Positions 22,207 through 33,153 are shown, counted from the first letter of the whole stretch. The stretch is 59,318 nt of DNA, filler included, from 4 parts of 4 records of this genome joined end to end with filler, not necessarily neighbours in it, one strand, 5' to 3'. The notes: generated from the letters alone by a model not told the origin. Made by a program: numbers and translations.

Positions 22207-23451
22207 ATGGAATGGTATCACCTTATCAGCCTTGTGGTAGTGCTGCCACAGCTGGTATTCTCGTTTCAAGTGCTGAACAATTATCGGTATGCGCTGCGCG
22301 AAAGCAAGAAGACGCGTGCCTCGTACCGTCCCAGAACCGTGATGATCGTGCCCTGCAAGGGGCTCGACACGAACTTTCGCGACAATATCCGTTCATTTCT
22401 TCTCCAGGACTATGACAACTTTCTGCTCTGGTTCGTGGTGGCCGACGAGGCCGACCCCGCCTATCCGGTGCTCTGTGAGCTGAAGCAGGAGCACGCCTCG
22501 AACTCCAAGGCTGACGATATTCAGATCCTGGTCGCCGGCGACGCCCACGCTCGGGGCCAGAAGGTTCACAATATGCTGCACGCCTACCGCCGGATCGACC
22601 CCTCCATTGAAGTCCTTGCCTTTGCAGACGCCGATGCGTGCATCCACGAGCACTGGCTGAGCCACATCGTTTACCCGTTGCGCAAGTCCAGGATCGGCGT
22701 GACCAGTGGATATCGTTGGTTCGTGCCCGAAACGAACAACCTGGCCAGTCTGGCCCTCTCGGCGGTGAATGCCAAGATTGTCCAACTTCTGGGCAACACC
22801 CGTTTCAACCTGGCCTGGGGCGGTTCTATGGCGATCCGGGTGGAAACGTTCCGCAAATTAGGCCTGGACGAGATCTGGCCGCGAGCCCTCAGCGACGATC
22901 TCGTCGTCAGTCGCGGCGTCAAGCAGGCGGGTTTGAAGGTGACCTACGTGCCGGCGTGTTTGGCCGCCTCGGTGGATCGGATGACCTGGTCCCAACTTGG
23001 TGAGTTTGCCCAGCGACAGTTCGTGATCACCCGCATCGGGGCGCCCCGCACCTGGTGGTTCGGACTGTGCAGCAGCCTGTATTCCGTGTTCGGTCTATGG
23101 GGACTGGTGGCCGCAGCGTTGCTGGGCCAGGGGCCGCGCGAACGTCAGGTGATCTATGGCATCGCGGCCGTGCTCTTCTTTTTGAGCCAGATACTCCGGG
23201 CGATACTGCGACAGGAGATGGCCGGCGCTCTGCTGGTCCAGCAGCGTCCCCAGATGAAATGGGCGAAAATAGCGGACGTGCTCTTCTTCTGGGCATGGTC
23301 GATCCTACTGCTGCTGTTCATCATCTCTTCCGCGTTCCGGCGGACGATTACATGGCGCGGCATCCGGTACGAGATGGTGAGTCTGACAGAGACGACCATG
23401 CTCGCTTCCGATTCGGACGATGACCCGAGACCATCCGCATCCGGCCGATAG
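22207..23451 (+). CDS. GT2/GT21 membrane glycosyltransferase (ceramide glucosyltransferase/HpnI-like)
   Basis: IVPCKG, QKVHN, FADAD (DxD), WGGSMA, SDD, C-terminal ITWRGIRY; SD GGAG and TGCTATAAT at 22133-22141. Confidence 0.82.
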   Translation: MEWYHLISLVVVLPQLVFSFQVLNNYRYALRESKKTRASYRPRTVMIVPCKGLDTNFRDNIRSFLLQDYDNFLLWFVVADEADPAYPVLCELKQEHASNSKADDIQILVAGDAHARGQKVHNMLHAYRRIDPSIEVLAFADADACIHEHWLSHIVYPLRKSRIGVTSGYRWFVPETNNLASLALSAVNAKIVQLLGNTRFNLAWGGSMAIRVETFRKLGLDEIWPRALSDDLVVSRGVKQAGLKVTYVPACLAASVDRMTWSQLGEFAQRQFVITRIGAPRTWWFGLCSSLYSVFGLWGLVAAALLGQGPRERQVIYGIAAVLFFLSQILRAILRQEMAGALLVQQRPQMKWAKIADVLFFWAWSILLLLFIISSAFRRTITWRGIRYEMVSLTETTMLASDSDDDPRPSASGR

Positions 23452-23646
23452 CTGCGCCCATGCCAGAATGTCACCGCAACCGAGCGCCGACGCGCCGCCA
23501 TCTGCCCTCCGGAATGTGCTTCCTGCATCGGCGAGTCACGCAGCGCTGGGCCGAGGGAATGCCGAATATAACGTTTGAAATGGACCGAACGGCCTGTTAC
23601 CATGAATCGTTGGCGGCTACAGCACTGACGCACAGGACAAGGGAAT

Positions 23647-24423
23647 ATGGATCTATCGATTGTCATACCGGTGTACGAAGAGAGCGAGAAGATCGTCCGC
23701 GATATTCGCGACGCAGCCGAGTTTCTGGTCGGCAACGACATGACGGGCCAGATCATCGTCGTGGACGACGGCAGCGCCGACGACACGGCTGACGTGGCGC
23801 GGACCGCACTTGCGCGTCCCTGCGCGGGTGTTGCTCTCGAGGTGATTCGCTACGCCGAGCACAAGGGCAAGGGCTGTGCCGTTCGAACGGGCATCACCAG
23901 CGCAACCGGTGACTTCGTGATGTTCGCCGACAGCGGGTCCTGTGTTCCGTACGAAGAAGTGCTGCACGGTCTCAAGCTGATCAAAGACGGCCAGTGCGAT
24001 ATTGCCCACGCCTCGCGGAGACTGGATGGATGTTGCGTCGACTATAGCCAGGCGTTCCATCGCCGCATCTGTTCGAACCTGTTCCGGCTGTGCATTATGT
24101 GGCTCATGGGAATTCCCTCCCATCTGACCGACACTCAGTGTGGCTTCAAGATCTACCGGGGAACCGTTGCCCAGCGTCTGTATGGCGCTGCCGTCACGGA
24201 CGGATCGGCCTTTGACATTGAGATCATTTTGCGCGCCCGACGTGCCGGCTACAAGATCAAGGAATTCCCCGTGCGCTGGACGGCCGATCCGGACAGTCGG
24301 CTCTCGGTGGTCAAGAGCGTCTGGTACATTCCCCGCGAGCTGTGGCACATTAAGATGGCGTTGCGCCATGAGCCCAGGCATCGACCTCAACCGGCCCCCA
24401 CGGCGTATCGCCAGGACTCCTGA
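23647..24423 (+). CDS. GT2 polyprenol-phosphate glycosyltransferase (ALG5/DPM-like)
   Basis: LSIVIPVYEE, VVDDGSAD, GKGCAVRTG, DTQCGFK, FDIEI. Confidence 0.88.
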   Translation: MDLSIVIPVYEESEKIVRDIRDAAEFLVGNDMTGQIIVVDDGSADDTADVARTALARPCAGVALEVIRYAEHKGKGCAVRTGITSATGDFVMFADSGSCVPYEEVLHGLKLIKDGQCDIAHASRRLDGCCVDYSQAFHRRICSNLFRLCIMWLMGIPSHLTDTQCGFKIYRGTVAQRLYGAAVTDGSAFDIEIILRARRAGYKIKEFPVRWTADPDSRLSVVKSVWYIPRELWHIKMALRHEPRHRPQPAPTAYRQDS

Positions 24424-24694
24424 CCGCCCGGAGTGTTTCCACCGCGGTACGCCCCAGGCATCCACAGACGCTTTGACCAGGATAACAGCACCCTCATGTG
24501 GATTCTGCCCAGAGAGGGAGCTGTTCCCCCACGTCGCCTGGTGGTGACGTATTCCCAAGGCTTTCTGGATAATCCAGTTTTTGTTGATTTTTTCTCCCCG
24601 GACCGCGTCTATTGGAATGAAGGGACGTTGTGGACGCCGCTGGCCTCGGAGGGCGCAGGGAATATGAGAGGCTGTCATCGCCGTGATCGAGCGG

Positions 24695-24710
24695 TGGCGC
24701 GGGTTTTGCG
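24695..24710 (+). promoter_or_regulatory. Sigma54 (-24/-12) promoter upstream of the psp operon
   Basis: TGGCGCG-GGTT-TTGCG matches TGGCACG-N4-TTGC with exact GG/GC spacing. Confidence 0.7.
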
Positions 24711-24890
24711 CTTGACAGCCAGAAGGCGTGGGAGTACAGAGGCAAATACCATAGCGCGACGATGCTGCGTGCCTCCTGTGGAGGGAGGGTAGCCGCGGAG
24801 CACGAGGGACGATTAGAGGGGTCACCCAGCCTCTCGTCGTCGGTCATTCCGGAAGCCGTACGGCCGGAAGCCTAGAGAAGGAGAATCACC

Positions 24891-25580
24891 ATGGGACTTT
24901 TCAAACGTTTACACCGCATCACCGTCGGTCGGATCGAGGCCTTTCTCTGTCGCGTCGAAGATCCGGAACTGGTCTTTCCTGTCCTCGTCAAAGAGATGCA
25001 GGAACAACTGGAAGCAGCCACCGAGGCCGAGGCGAAGGCCACCGTGACACTCAAGAGCTGCGAGCGGGAAGTCAAGCGGCACGGCGAGACCGTCGACCGG
25101 TATGGCAACGGGGCGCTGCTGGCGATCAAGAAGGGTGACGAAGGCACGGCCCGCCAGTCGGTGCAGGCGCAGATCGAGGCCGAGCGGGCCGCCGAGCTTT
25201 CCGAGAGAAACCTGGAGATCGCGCGGCAGTCACTGGATCGGGCCAACATGAATCGGCAGCGCATCCAGCAGCAACTCGAGGAATTGCAGGCCAAGAAGAA
25301 CGAGATCCTCACGCGGGCCCGCGTCGCCAAAGTGCAGAAGAAGATTCAGGCGACCGTCAACGGGAGTACCGGATCGACCGACAGCATCCTGGACGCTGTG
25401 GCCCGGCTCGAAGCCCAGGTCGAGGAGACGGAGGCGGAGTTGGAGATCCAGGCCAGCCTGACGGGCGAGGGGACCGCGGGTCCGTCACTCGAGCGCAAGC
25501 TGAACGAACTGGACCAGGAAGCGGCGATCGAGAAGCGTCTGGCCGAGTTGAGAGAGAAGGCTGCGAAAGGCGCTTCTTAA
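24891..25580 (+). CDS. PspA/IM30 (ESCRT-III superfamily) protein 1
   Basis: MGLFKRL amphipathic start, VEDPE, GDEGTAR, coiled coils, C-terminal IEKRLAELREK; SD AAGGAG. Confidence 0.9.
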   Translation: MGLFKRLHRITVGRIEAFLCRVEDPELVFPVLVKEMQEQLEAATEAEAKATVTLKSCEREVKRHGETVDRYGNGALLAIKKGDEGTARQSVQAQIEAERAAELSERNLEIARQSLDRANMNRQRIQQQLEELQAKKNEILTRARVAKVQKKIQATVNGSTGSTDSILDAVARLEAQVEETEAELEIQASLTGEGTAGPSLERKLNELDQEAAIEKRLAELREKAAKGAS

Positions 25581-25672
25581 GCGCCTGCTCTTTTCCCCAA
25601 CCTGGCCGATTGCAGTGCGACACGTAGGCGGCGCCGAATTCTCGTCATGCCGCCGGTGTAAGGAGAGAAGCC

Positions 25673-26344
25673 ATGTCGATCTTTGACAGAGTTCGGAGAA
25701 TCACCAAGGCCAACATCAACTGGTTGTTGGACAAGGTGGAGGTGCCCGAGCAGGAACTCGAATCCAAAATCAAGGAACTCGAAGAAACGATCCAGGAAGG
25801 GCGGGAAAGCGCCGCCGCCTACGGCGCGACCTTCCGCCGGCTGGAGCACGAGCAGCAGCAGCTCAAGCAGCAACAGCAGGGCCTCGTTGGGCAGGCCGAA
25901 CAAGCGCTCAAGGCCGGTGACGAAGCCACGGCGCGCCGCGCGCTGACAGACAAGGTCAAGATCTCCGAACGCGTCGGCCAGATCGCGCCGGGCATCGAGA
26001 ACGGGCGCAAGACATACGAACTGCTGCGCGACAATCTCATTCGCTTGCAGGAACAGCTCAAGGTCGCGAAGCTGAAACTCGACGACCTGAAGGCCCGCAA
26101 GCGGACAGCCGAAGCCCAGAAGGCCTTCGATCAGCATCTGGGCCAGGCTCTGGGGGTCGGCCAGGACGGCGTCGCGTTCGACCGGCTGGAGGATGAGGTC
26201 ATGCAGGCCGAGGCGGAGGTCGAGATCCGGCAGGAAATGCACGGCGACGCCCTCAGTGACGTCGAGCTGATGCAGCGCTCCCGGGACCTTCAGATCGAAG
26301 CGGAATTGCAGGCGATGAAAGACCAGCTCGAAGACGAATCGTAG
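25673..26344 (+). CDS. PspA/IM30 protein 2
   Basis: MSIFDRVRRITKANINWLLDKVEVPE, GDEATARRAL, AFDRLEDEV, IEAELQAMK. Confidence 0.92.
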   Translation: MSIFDRVRRITKANINWLLDKVEVPEQELESKIKELEETIQEGRESAAAYGATFRRLEHEQQQLKQQQQGLVGQAEQALKAGDEATARRALTDKVKISERVGQIAPGIENGRKTYELLRDNLIRLQEQLKVAKLKLDDLKARKRTAEAQKAFDQHLGQALGVGQDGVAFDRLEDEVMQAEAEVEIRQEMHGDALSDVELMQRSRDLQIEAELQAMKDQLEDES

Positions 26345-26369
26345 TCGGCGCATGTGAAAGGGCACCACG

Positions 26370-27044
26370 ATGGTGGAATTGATCACAGCCGCCTTCGCCC
26401 CGGTAAATGTCGTGTTCACGGTCCTGCTCCTGTTGACGGGGCTCTACTGGATCACGGTGATCCTCGGGGTGCTCGATGTCAATATCTTTGATGTCGAGGT
26501 CCCGGATTCCGGCCTCGAGGCCGCCGCCGACGTCGATATCGATGTCGACGGGGACATCGGGGTCGACGGTGACGCGAGTTTTCTCCGCTCGTTCCTGCAC
26601 TTCTTCTACGTCGGGGAAGTGCCCACGATGGTGCTGGTGAGCATCCTCGTGCTGAGCCTGTGGTCGTTTTCCGTGCTGGGCAACTACTATTTCAACCCGG
26701 GCGGTTCGCTTCTGGTCGCGACGCCCATCTTTGCTGTCAATCTTGTCTTCAGTGCGTTTGTGATGAAGTTGTGCGCGGTACCGCTGCGGAGACTCTACAC
26801 GATGCTGAACAAAGACTACAACGCTCCGGGTCGTATCCTGGGGCGCATCGGCAAGGTCATTACGACCCAGGTGAGCAAAGACAAGATGGGACAGGTCGAG
26901 GTGTCCACCAAGGGCGCGCCGATTGTGTTGAATGTCCTGTCGCAGGATGAGCACGTGTTTGCCAAGGACGAGGAGGCTGTTGTCGTCAAGAAAGAGGACG
27001 AAAAGGGGATCTATCTCATCGCACCCGTAGATTTGGAGAGATAA
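26370..27044 (+). CDS. YqiJ/NfeD-like membrane protein with OB fold
   Basis: TM helices, acidic DVDIDVDGD linker, GEVPTMV, C-terminal OB-like GRIGKVITTQV...GQVEV; directly upstream of flotillin. Confidence 0.8.
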   Translation: MVELITAAFAPVNVVFTVLLLLTGLYWITVILGVLDVNIFDVEVPDSGLEAAADVDIDVDGDIGVDGDASFLRSFLHFFYVGEVPTMVLVSILVLSLWSFSVLGNYYFNPGGSLLVATPIFAVNLVFSAFVMKLCAVPLRRLYTMLNKDYNAPGRILGRIGKVITTQVSKDKMGQVEVSTKGAPIVLNVLSQDEHVFAKDEEAVVVKKEDEKGIYLIAPVDLER

Positions 27045-27046
27045 AC

Positions 27047-29041
27047 ATGTTAGCTGCCATGACTGACGCCGTACTAACCACCATTATCATCTTCATTGTT
27101 TTATTCATCGCCGGGTTTCTGGCCCTGCTGGTCAAGTGCTACCGCAAGGTGCTCCAGGGCCAGGCCTTGATTCGCAACGGGGTCGGAGGTACCCGCGTCA
27201 GCTTCTCGGGCATGTTCGTGATTCCCATTCTGCATCGCGGGGAGTACATGGACATCTCGGTCAAGCGCATCGAGATCGATCGGCGCGCCGAGCAAGGGCT
27301 GATCTGTAAGGACAACCTGCGGGCCGATATTGTCGTGGCCTTCTTCGTGCGGGTCAACAATACCGTTGAGGACGTCGTCAAGGTCGCCCAGTCGCTGGGT
27401 TGCGAACGGGCCTCGGACCGCCAAGCGCTGGTTGAGCTGTTTGATGCGAAGTTTTCCGAGGCGCTGAAAACCGTGGGCAAGCAGTTCGATTTCTCTGAGC
27501 TGTACACCAATCGGATGCGTTTTAGGGAGCAGATTCTCGATGTGATCGGGACGGACCTGAGCGGCTACGTGCTCGAGGACGCCGCCATCGATTACCTCGA
27601 GCAGACGGATAAGAAGCTGCTGAAACCCGACAACATTCTCGATGCTGAAGGTATCAAGAAAATTACTGTGCTGACGGCCGAGCAGTTCGAGATGGCCAAC
27701 GAGCGTGAGCGTGAGAAAGACAAGACCATCACGCAGCAGAACGTAGAGGCTCAGGAGGCGATCCTCGAACTCAACAAGCAACTGGCCGAGGCGGAAGCCA
27801 AGCAGCAGCGAGAAATCCTCACGATCCAGGCGCGGGAGGAGGCCGAGACGAAGAAGGTCGAGCAGGGCGAGCGTGAGAAGGCCGAGAAAGCCCGCATCAC
27901 GGCCGAAGAGGAAATCGCCGTGGCCGATGAGAACAAGCAGCGGCAAATCATCGTTGCCATGCGTAATAAAGAACGCACCGATGCCGTCGAAACGGAGCGC
28001 GTCGAGCGCGACCGGGGCATCGAGGCTACCGAACGCGAACGTGTCGTGACGATCGCCCAGGTCGAGAAGGACAAGGCGGTCGAAGGGGAGAAGAAGGAGT
28101 TGCAGGCGGTCATTCGCGAGCGGGTGATCGTCGAGAAGTCGGTCGCGACCGAGGAAGAGCACATCAAGGATGTACGGCAATTCGCCGGCGCCGATCGTAG
28201 CAAGCGCGTCCAGATCACCAAGGCCGAAGAAGAGGCCGAGCAGGCGCTGGTCAAGGACATCAAGCAGGCCGAGGCGGCCAAGAAGGCCCAGGAGTTCTAC
28301 GCCGAACAGCAGATCATCGAGGCGCAGGCCAATCAGGATGCGGCCGAAAAGAATGGCGAGGCCAAGAAGACCCTGGCGGCCGCGTCGGTGAAAGAGCACG
28401 CGGTGGTCGGGACGGCCGAGGCAGAGGTTATGGAGGTTCGGGCGGTGGCCGTCGAGAAGGAAGGAACCGCTGAGGCCAAGGTTATGGAGTTGAAGTATCA
28501 CGCCGAGGCCGATGGCATTCGCGACAAGGCCGAGGCGATGAAAATCTTCGATGCCGTCGGCAAGGGGCACGAAGAGTTCAAGCTCCAGCTCAATAAGGAC
28601 AAGGAGATCGAACTGGCCGAGATCGACATTCGCCGTCAGATTGCCGCCGAACAGGCCCGCATCGTGGGCGAGGCGCTCAAGTCGGCCAACATCGACATCG
28701 TCGGTGGCGAGAATCGGTTCTTCGAGCGGCTGGTCAATTCCATCACGACCGGCAAGAGCGTCGACCGCATGGTCAACCACAGCGACGTTCTCACCGATGT
28801 CAAAGGCGCCTTGATCGGGCCGGACATGGACAGCACGCGGAACCAGATTCAGAAGTTCGTCTCGCAGTTCGGCCTGACCTCTGAAGACATCAAGAACCTG
28901 ACGATCTCCGCCCTCGTGATGAAGCTGATGGGCAAAGCTGACAAGGAACAGAAGGGCTTCCTCAGCGGCGTTCTCAAGACGGTCAAGGAACTCGGCATTG
29001 GTGACAAGCCTGTGAAGGACCTGGGATTGAAGGGCAAGTAA
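27047..29041 (+). CDS. Flotillin/SPFH (YqiK-like) protein
   Basis: N-terminal TM, GLICKDNLRADI, FSEALKTVG, long AEA-rich coiled coil, ANIDIVGG. Confidence 0.92.
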   Translation: MLAAMTDAVLTTIIIFIVLFIAGFLALLVKCYRKVLQGQALIRNGVGGTRVSFSGMFVIPILHRGEYMDISVKRIEIDRRAEQGLICKDNLRADIVVAFFVRVNNTVEDVVKVAQSLGCERASDRQALVELFDAKFSEALKTVGKQFDFSELYTNRMRFREQILDVIGTDLSGYVLEDAAIDYLEQTDKKLLKPDNILDAEGIKKITVLTAEQFEMANEREREKDKTITQQNVEAQEAILELNKQLAEAEAKQQREILTIQAREEAETKKVEQGEREKAEKARITAEEEIAVADENKQRQIIVAMRNKERTDAVETERVERDRGIEATERERVVTIAQVEKDKAVEGEKKELQAVIRERVIVEKSVATEEEHIKDVRQFAGADRSKRVQITKAEEEAEQALVKDIKQAEAAKKAQEFYAEQQIIEAQANQDAAEKNGEAKKTLAAASVKEHAVVGTAEAEVMEVRAVAVEKEGTAEAKVMELKYHAEADGIRDKAEAMKIFDAVGKGHEEFKLQLNKDKEIELAEIDIRRQIAAEQARIVGEALKSANIDIVGGENRFFERLVNSITTGKSVDRMVNHSDVLTDVKGALIGPDMDSTRNQIQKFVSQFGLTSEDIKNLTISALVMKLMGKADKEQKGFLSGVLKTVKELGIGDKPVKDLGLKGK

Positions 29042-29145
29042 GGCACGTAGGGTGGCTTCGACGCTATAGGCGTTGATCCGTTGGCCAAAGCGTGGGGGCG
29101 AGTAGCCATTCGCCCCTACCAGATATCCCGACGAAGGGTGTGACG

Positions 29146-31733
29146 ATGGACGACAACAACACAGGCGACCGTCAGGCCGAGGCCCCGGAGCAGGTCCAGC
29201 TCCAGGGTGGGACCTATGAGATTCTCCGAGCCCGGCTTGGGAGCCACAGCAAGGAACTCCGCAGTCGGCTCAATGAGCTGAATGCCGCGCGGAAGGACGT
29301 TTTCGGGGCCGTCGAGAACAAGCTGCTCTCCAGCGAACGTGTCTCGACGAGCAACAACTGCGTCCCGCGCGACATGGTTCCGGTCGGGGACAAGTTCATA
29401 TTCGGATACAACGTCTTCGTGGGGCTCCGCGCCGAGACCGTACTGGAGGATGTCTTTGCCATCTACCAGTGGAAAGAGGGCACCTTCAGTCCGTGTCCGC
29501 TGGACCTGATCCGCTGTGGTGAATTCGAATCCGATTTTCGGAATCTGTACAAGTACTATCGGCGCACCGTTTTCGCCAAGTTCTCCGTCATTGGTCCGCA
29601 TCTGTTTATGGTCTTTCGCGTGGGCCGGGACGTCACGGACGTGAAAACGTTCAAGTGGCTCATCCGGGAGGGGTCGCTCGAATACGTCGACAATCGCAGC
29701 GACCACGAGTACGTCTTTCCGTCACAGCACCAGTTCGAGTGGCGGCGCGTGACGCAGGACATGTTTCACGAGGGCAAGAACCCCCACATGTCCATCGAGG
29801 ATCGGGTCTTCGTTGAGACGGTTGGCGGGGACCTGACCGTCAAGATCGAGGACAACACCGAGACGGGTGAGGGCATCTACGCCGAGCCGGTCGACAATCC
29901 GGATCAGACGCTCAGCGACGCCGAGGTGTACTACGCGATCGTGGGTAACGTCATTCTCCTGAAGGTGCGCCCGTACGAGGAAAAGACATTCCGCTACATT
30001 CTCTACAACGAGAAACTCCAGCGAGCCATTCGGATCGATGTGATCGAGCAGGCCTGTTTGCTGCTGCCCGAAGATCACGGGCTCGTCTTTCCCAAGGGAT
30101 ACTACCTCCAGACGGGTGAGCAGAAGCTGTTCGAGACGCAGATGGACGATATGGTCTTCGAGAAGCGTCTCGATTCTCCTAACGGCGAAGACTATCTCTA
30201 CATCTTCTACAACCGCGAGAGCGGCGTCTATGTGCTGCTTTCCTACAACATCATCGAGCAGAAGATCGGCACGCCCGTGGTCTGCAACGGGTACTCGTTC
30301 TTCGAAGACGGCACCCTGATGTATTTCCGCGCCAATGGGGAGGCCAAGAAGCACCACGTTATCCAGATCTGGCAGACGCCCTATTACGGCCCCGATTTCA
30401 CCATCCCCGTCCGGCATGAATCGGAACTGTACAAGATCGGCAACAAGGACATCGTGCGGTGCATGGCTGAATGCAACGAGGTCATGATGCTGATCGGCCA
30501 GGACGAGACCTACGCGGATCTCTACCTGGACATCAGCCGGAAGGCCGAGGAGATCCAGGATGCGTACTTCTGGATCGCCTCGCCCGAGACGTTCCGTCTG
30601 GACGAACCGCTGGTGGGCATTGAAACCGCGGCCCGCGCGGCCGTCGACGAATACGAGAAGGTCGCGCGCACCAAGGACAACACGCGGGCCGAGATCGGGA
30701 GGGTCAGCAAGGAGGTCCGCGAGATCATCGAGGGCCTCGACTATGGCCGGATCGACGACATCAGTGGCTTCGTCGAACGCCTGACCCAACTCCGCTCGGT
30801 TCGGGGTGCGGTGATCTCGTTGCGGGACCTGCGCTATGCCGATACGGAGATGATCGAGACGCTGGAAGGCGAAGTGGCCGAGCATACCGAGCAGCTCTCG
30901 CGCCAGTGTGTGGAATTCCTGCTCGAAGCCGCATCGCTCGATCCGTATCGCCGGACGGCCGAGCAGCAGAAGCAGCAGGTGCCCCAGTTGCAGAAGGTCA
31001 CGGAGGCCAAGGCACTCCAGCAACGGGTCACCGAGACCGCGTCGGAGTTGGAGATGCTGACCGATATCGTCAGCAATCTCAAGATTGAAGACGCGACGGA
31101 AACGATCGCCATCATCGACAACATCTCGCTGGTCTATGCCCAGGTCAACCAGGTCAAGTCGACCCTGAAGAACAAGCTGAATGAAATCGGCCGGGTCGAG
31201 GGCCAGGCCGAGTTTAGTGCGCAACTGAAGCTCATCGACCAGTCCGTGATCAATTATCTCGACGTGTGCGACACGCCCGAGAAGTGCGAAGAGTATCTCA
31301 CCAAATCGATGGTCCAACTTGAGAACCTGGAGAGCCGATTCGCGGACTTCGAGGAGTTCGTCGTGCAGCTGGCGGACAAGCGCGAAGAACTCTACGACGC
31401 CTTCGAATCGCGGAAGGCCCAGTTGGTCGCCGAACGCAACCAACGGGCGTCGGCGCTGATGGCCTCGGCCGAGCGCGTGCTCAAGGGCATCGAGAATCGG
31501 GTGAAGGCCTTTTCCGACATCAATCAGATCAACGGGTACTTCGCTTCCGATCTGATGATCGACCGCATGCGCGAGACCGTTAAGCAACTGCGGCGGCTGG
31601 GCGACACGGTCAAGGCCGAGGAGGCCGAGGGCCGGCTCAAGAGCATTCACCAGGACGCGGTGCGACAGCTCAAGGACCGACAGGCCCTGTACGAAGACGG
31701 TGAGAACGTTATCCGTTTCGGGAGCCATCGATT
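29146..31733 (+). CDS. Large 'DNA repair ATPase'/DUF3686-like protein (propeller-like region plus coiled coil), 3'-truncated
   Basis: GGTYEILRARL start, VFVETVGGDLTVKIEDNTETGEGIY, QIWQTP; runs into the gap. No P-loop is visible in the retained part; the AAA domain is expected beyond the gap from recalled family architecture. Confidence 0.78.
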
Positions 31734-31833
31734 NNNNNNNNNNNNNNNNNNNNNNNNNNNNNNNNNNNNNNNNNNNNTTAATTAATTAANNNNNNNNNNN
31801 NNNNNNNNNNNNNNNNNNNNNNNNNNNNNNNNN
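31734..31833. other. Artificial contig linker
   Basis: N44-TTAATTAATTAA-N44. Confidence 0.97.
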
Positions 31834-33048
31834 GTACAGAAAATGGGGATTGATCTGGGACTGAAGATAGCGGTTCTCCATATCCTTCCTGCGGATCTCC
31901 ACGGCGTAAACCCGGTCTATATAGCCCTGCAGATCCTGGCACATATGATTGAAACCGGCCTGGAGCCGGCCGATCTCGTCCTGAACCGTCACGGGAAGGC
32001 GGATATCCAGCTCCCCCTGCCTGACCCGGTCGAAGGCGCCGAGAAGGAGAAAGAAGCGCCTGCTGCTCAAGCGGAGCAGTCCGAAGGCCGTCAGGAGGGC
32101 CACCAGGAATCCGCCCAATGCGACCAGTGTCATCTTGAGTATCATCAGGTTCAGAGGCTTCTTGATCTTTTCCAGTGAGACCAGATTGACCAACACCATC
32201 CCCCCCTGGTCCAGAAATCTGGTCCGGATAAGATAGGAGCCGGCCCGGCGTATTCCGGAATCCTGAAGGCTCAGATGATCCCTCGCGAAGTCGTCAAGAC
32301 CGGGGCTGCTGCTGAACAGGATCTGTCCCATCCTGTTGAACAGGAAATACTCCCCCTTCCTGTCCGGGCCGGAGCGCTCCAGCTCGCGCTGGAGGATCTG
32401 GGGGGAGAGGTTCATCAGCAGGTGGGCGATGGGCTCCCTCGAAGGCAGTATGGCGGGATCGTACACCGTTGAGATAAGCGAGATGACCTGGGGATAGCGG
32501 GAGGTCAGATAGCGGCTGGGATTGTCGGGAAAGAGCTGGAGGAATTCCCTCTGATCGATCCACCCCGCTATCCGGGGATCCCCTTTGAAGTCATAGCGGG
32601 GGATCATATTGCGGTTGGCGCGGAAGGCGCTGTGATAGGCCTCCCCTGAAACGGGGATCAGCACGAGGTCGAGAAGGTCCCTGTTGGCGGCGGGCAGGGT
32701 GTCCATATAGGAGATGATCTTCTCCTCGCCTCCTGATTTCAAGAACTCCTCCGGCTGATAGAGCATATCCCTGATCCACCATGCCATCTCATTCCTCAGG
32801 TGGATCTCGATGGCGATGTTGTATAGGTCATCGTACTCGGAACGAACCGCCCGCTCCAGAATCTCAAGGTTTTCGTCCTCCATCCGGAGATCCTTGTTCT
32901 TGAGCAGCCCGTACATGTCAAAGAGGAGGACCCCATACACGCTTCCCATAAAGACGAGGATCAGGACGGAGTAGACGATCAGTATCTTCAGGATAATACT
33001 GGCATCTGAGATCCTCTTCTTCAGGTACGGGAGCGCAGCGAATTTCAT
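31834..33048 (-). CDS. YesM-like HAMP sensor histidine kinase, 3'-truncated
   Basis: Two TM regions, HAMP (DEIGRLQAGFNHM), LQSQINPHFLY at the gap. Confidence 0.9.
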
Positions 33049-33153
33049 GGCGTATCATTATAGGCCCGGAATCCCGATCCGGCCATATTTAATAATCAGA
33101 GAATCTCTTTAAAAAACTGTGCAGCCCCCATTCGTCGCCCCTGATGGCGGCCT

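Noticed and set aside
24725-24780. GGCAAA-containing hairpin as a c-di-GMP-I riboswitch
   Set aside because: It lacks the GNRA-capped P2 and the receptor-bearing second stem of that family.
23460-24825. ORFs 23460-23792 (+), 24433-24792 (+) and 23653-24825 (-)
   Set aside because: They overlap a real gene or the promoter region and have Arg/Pro-rich shadow-type composition with no SD or motif support.
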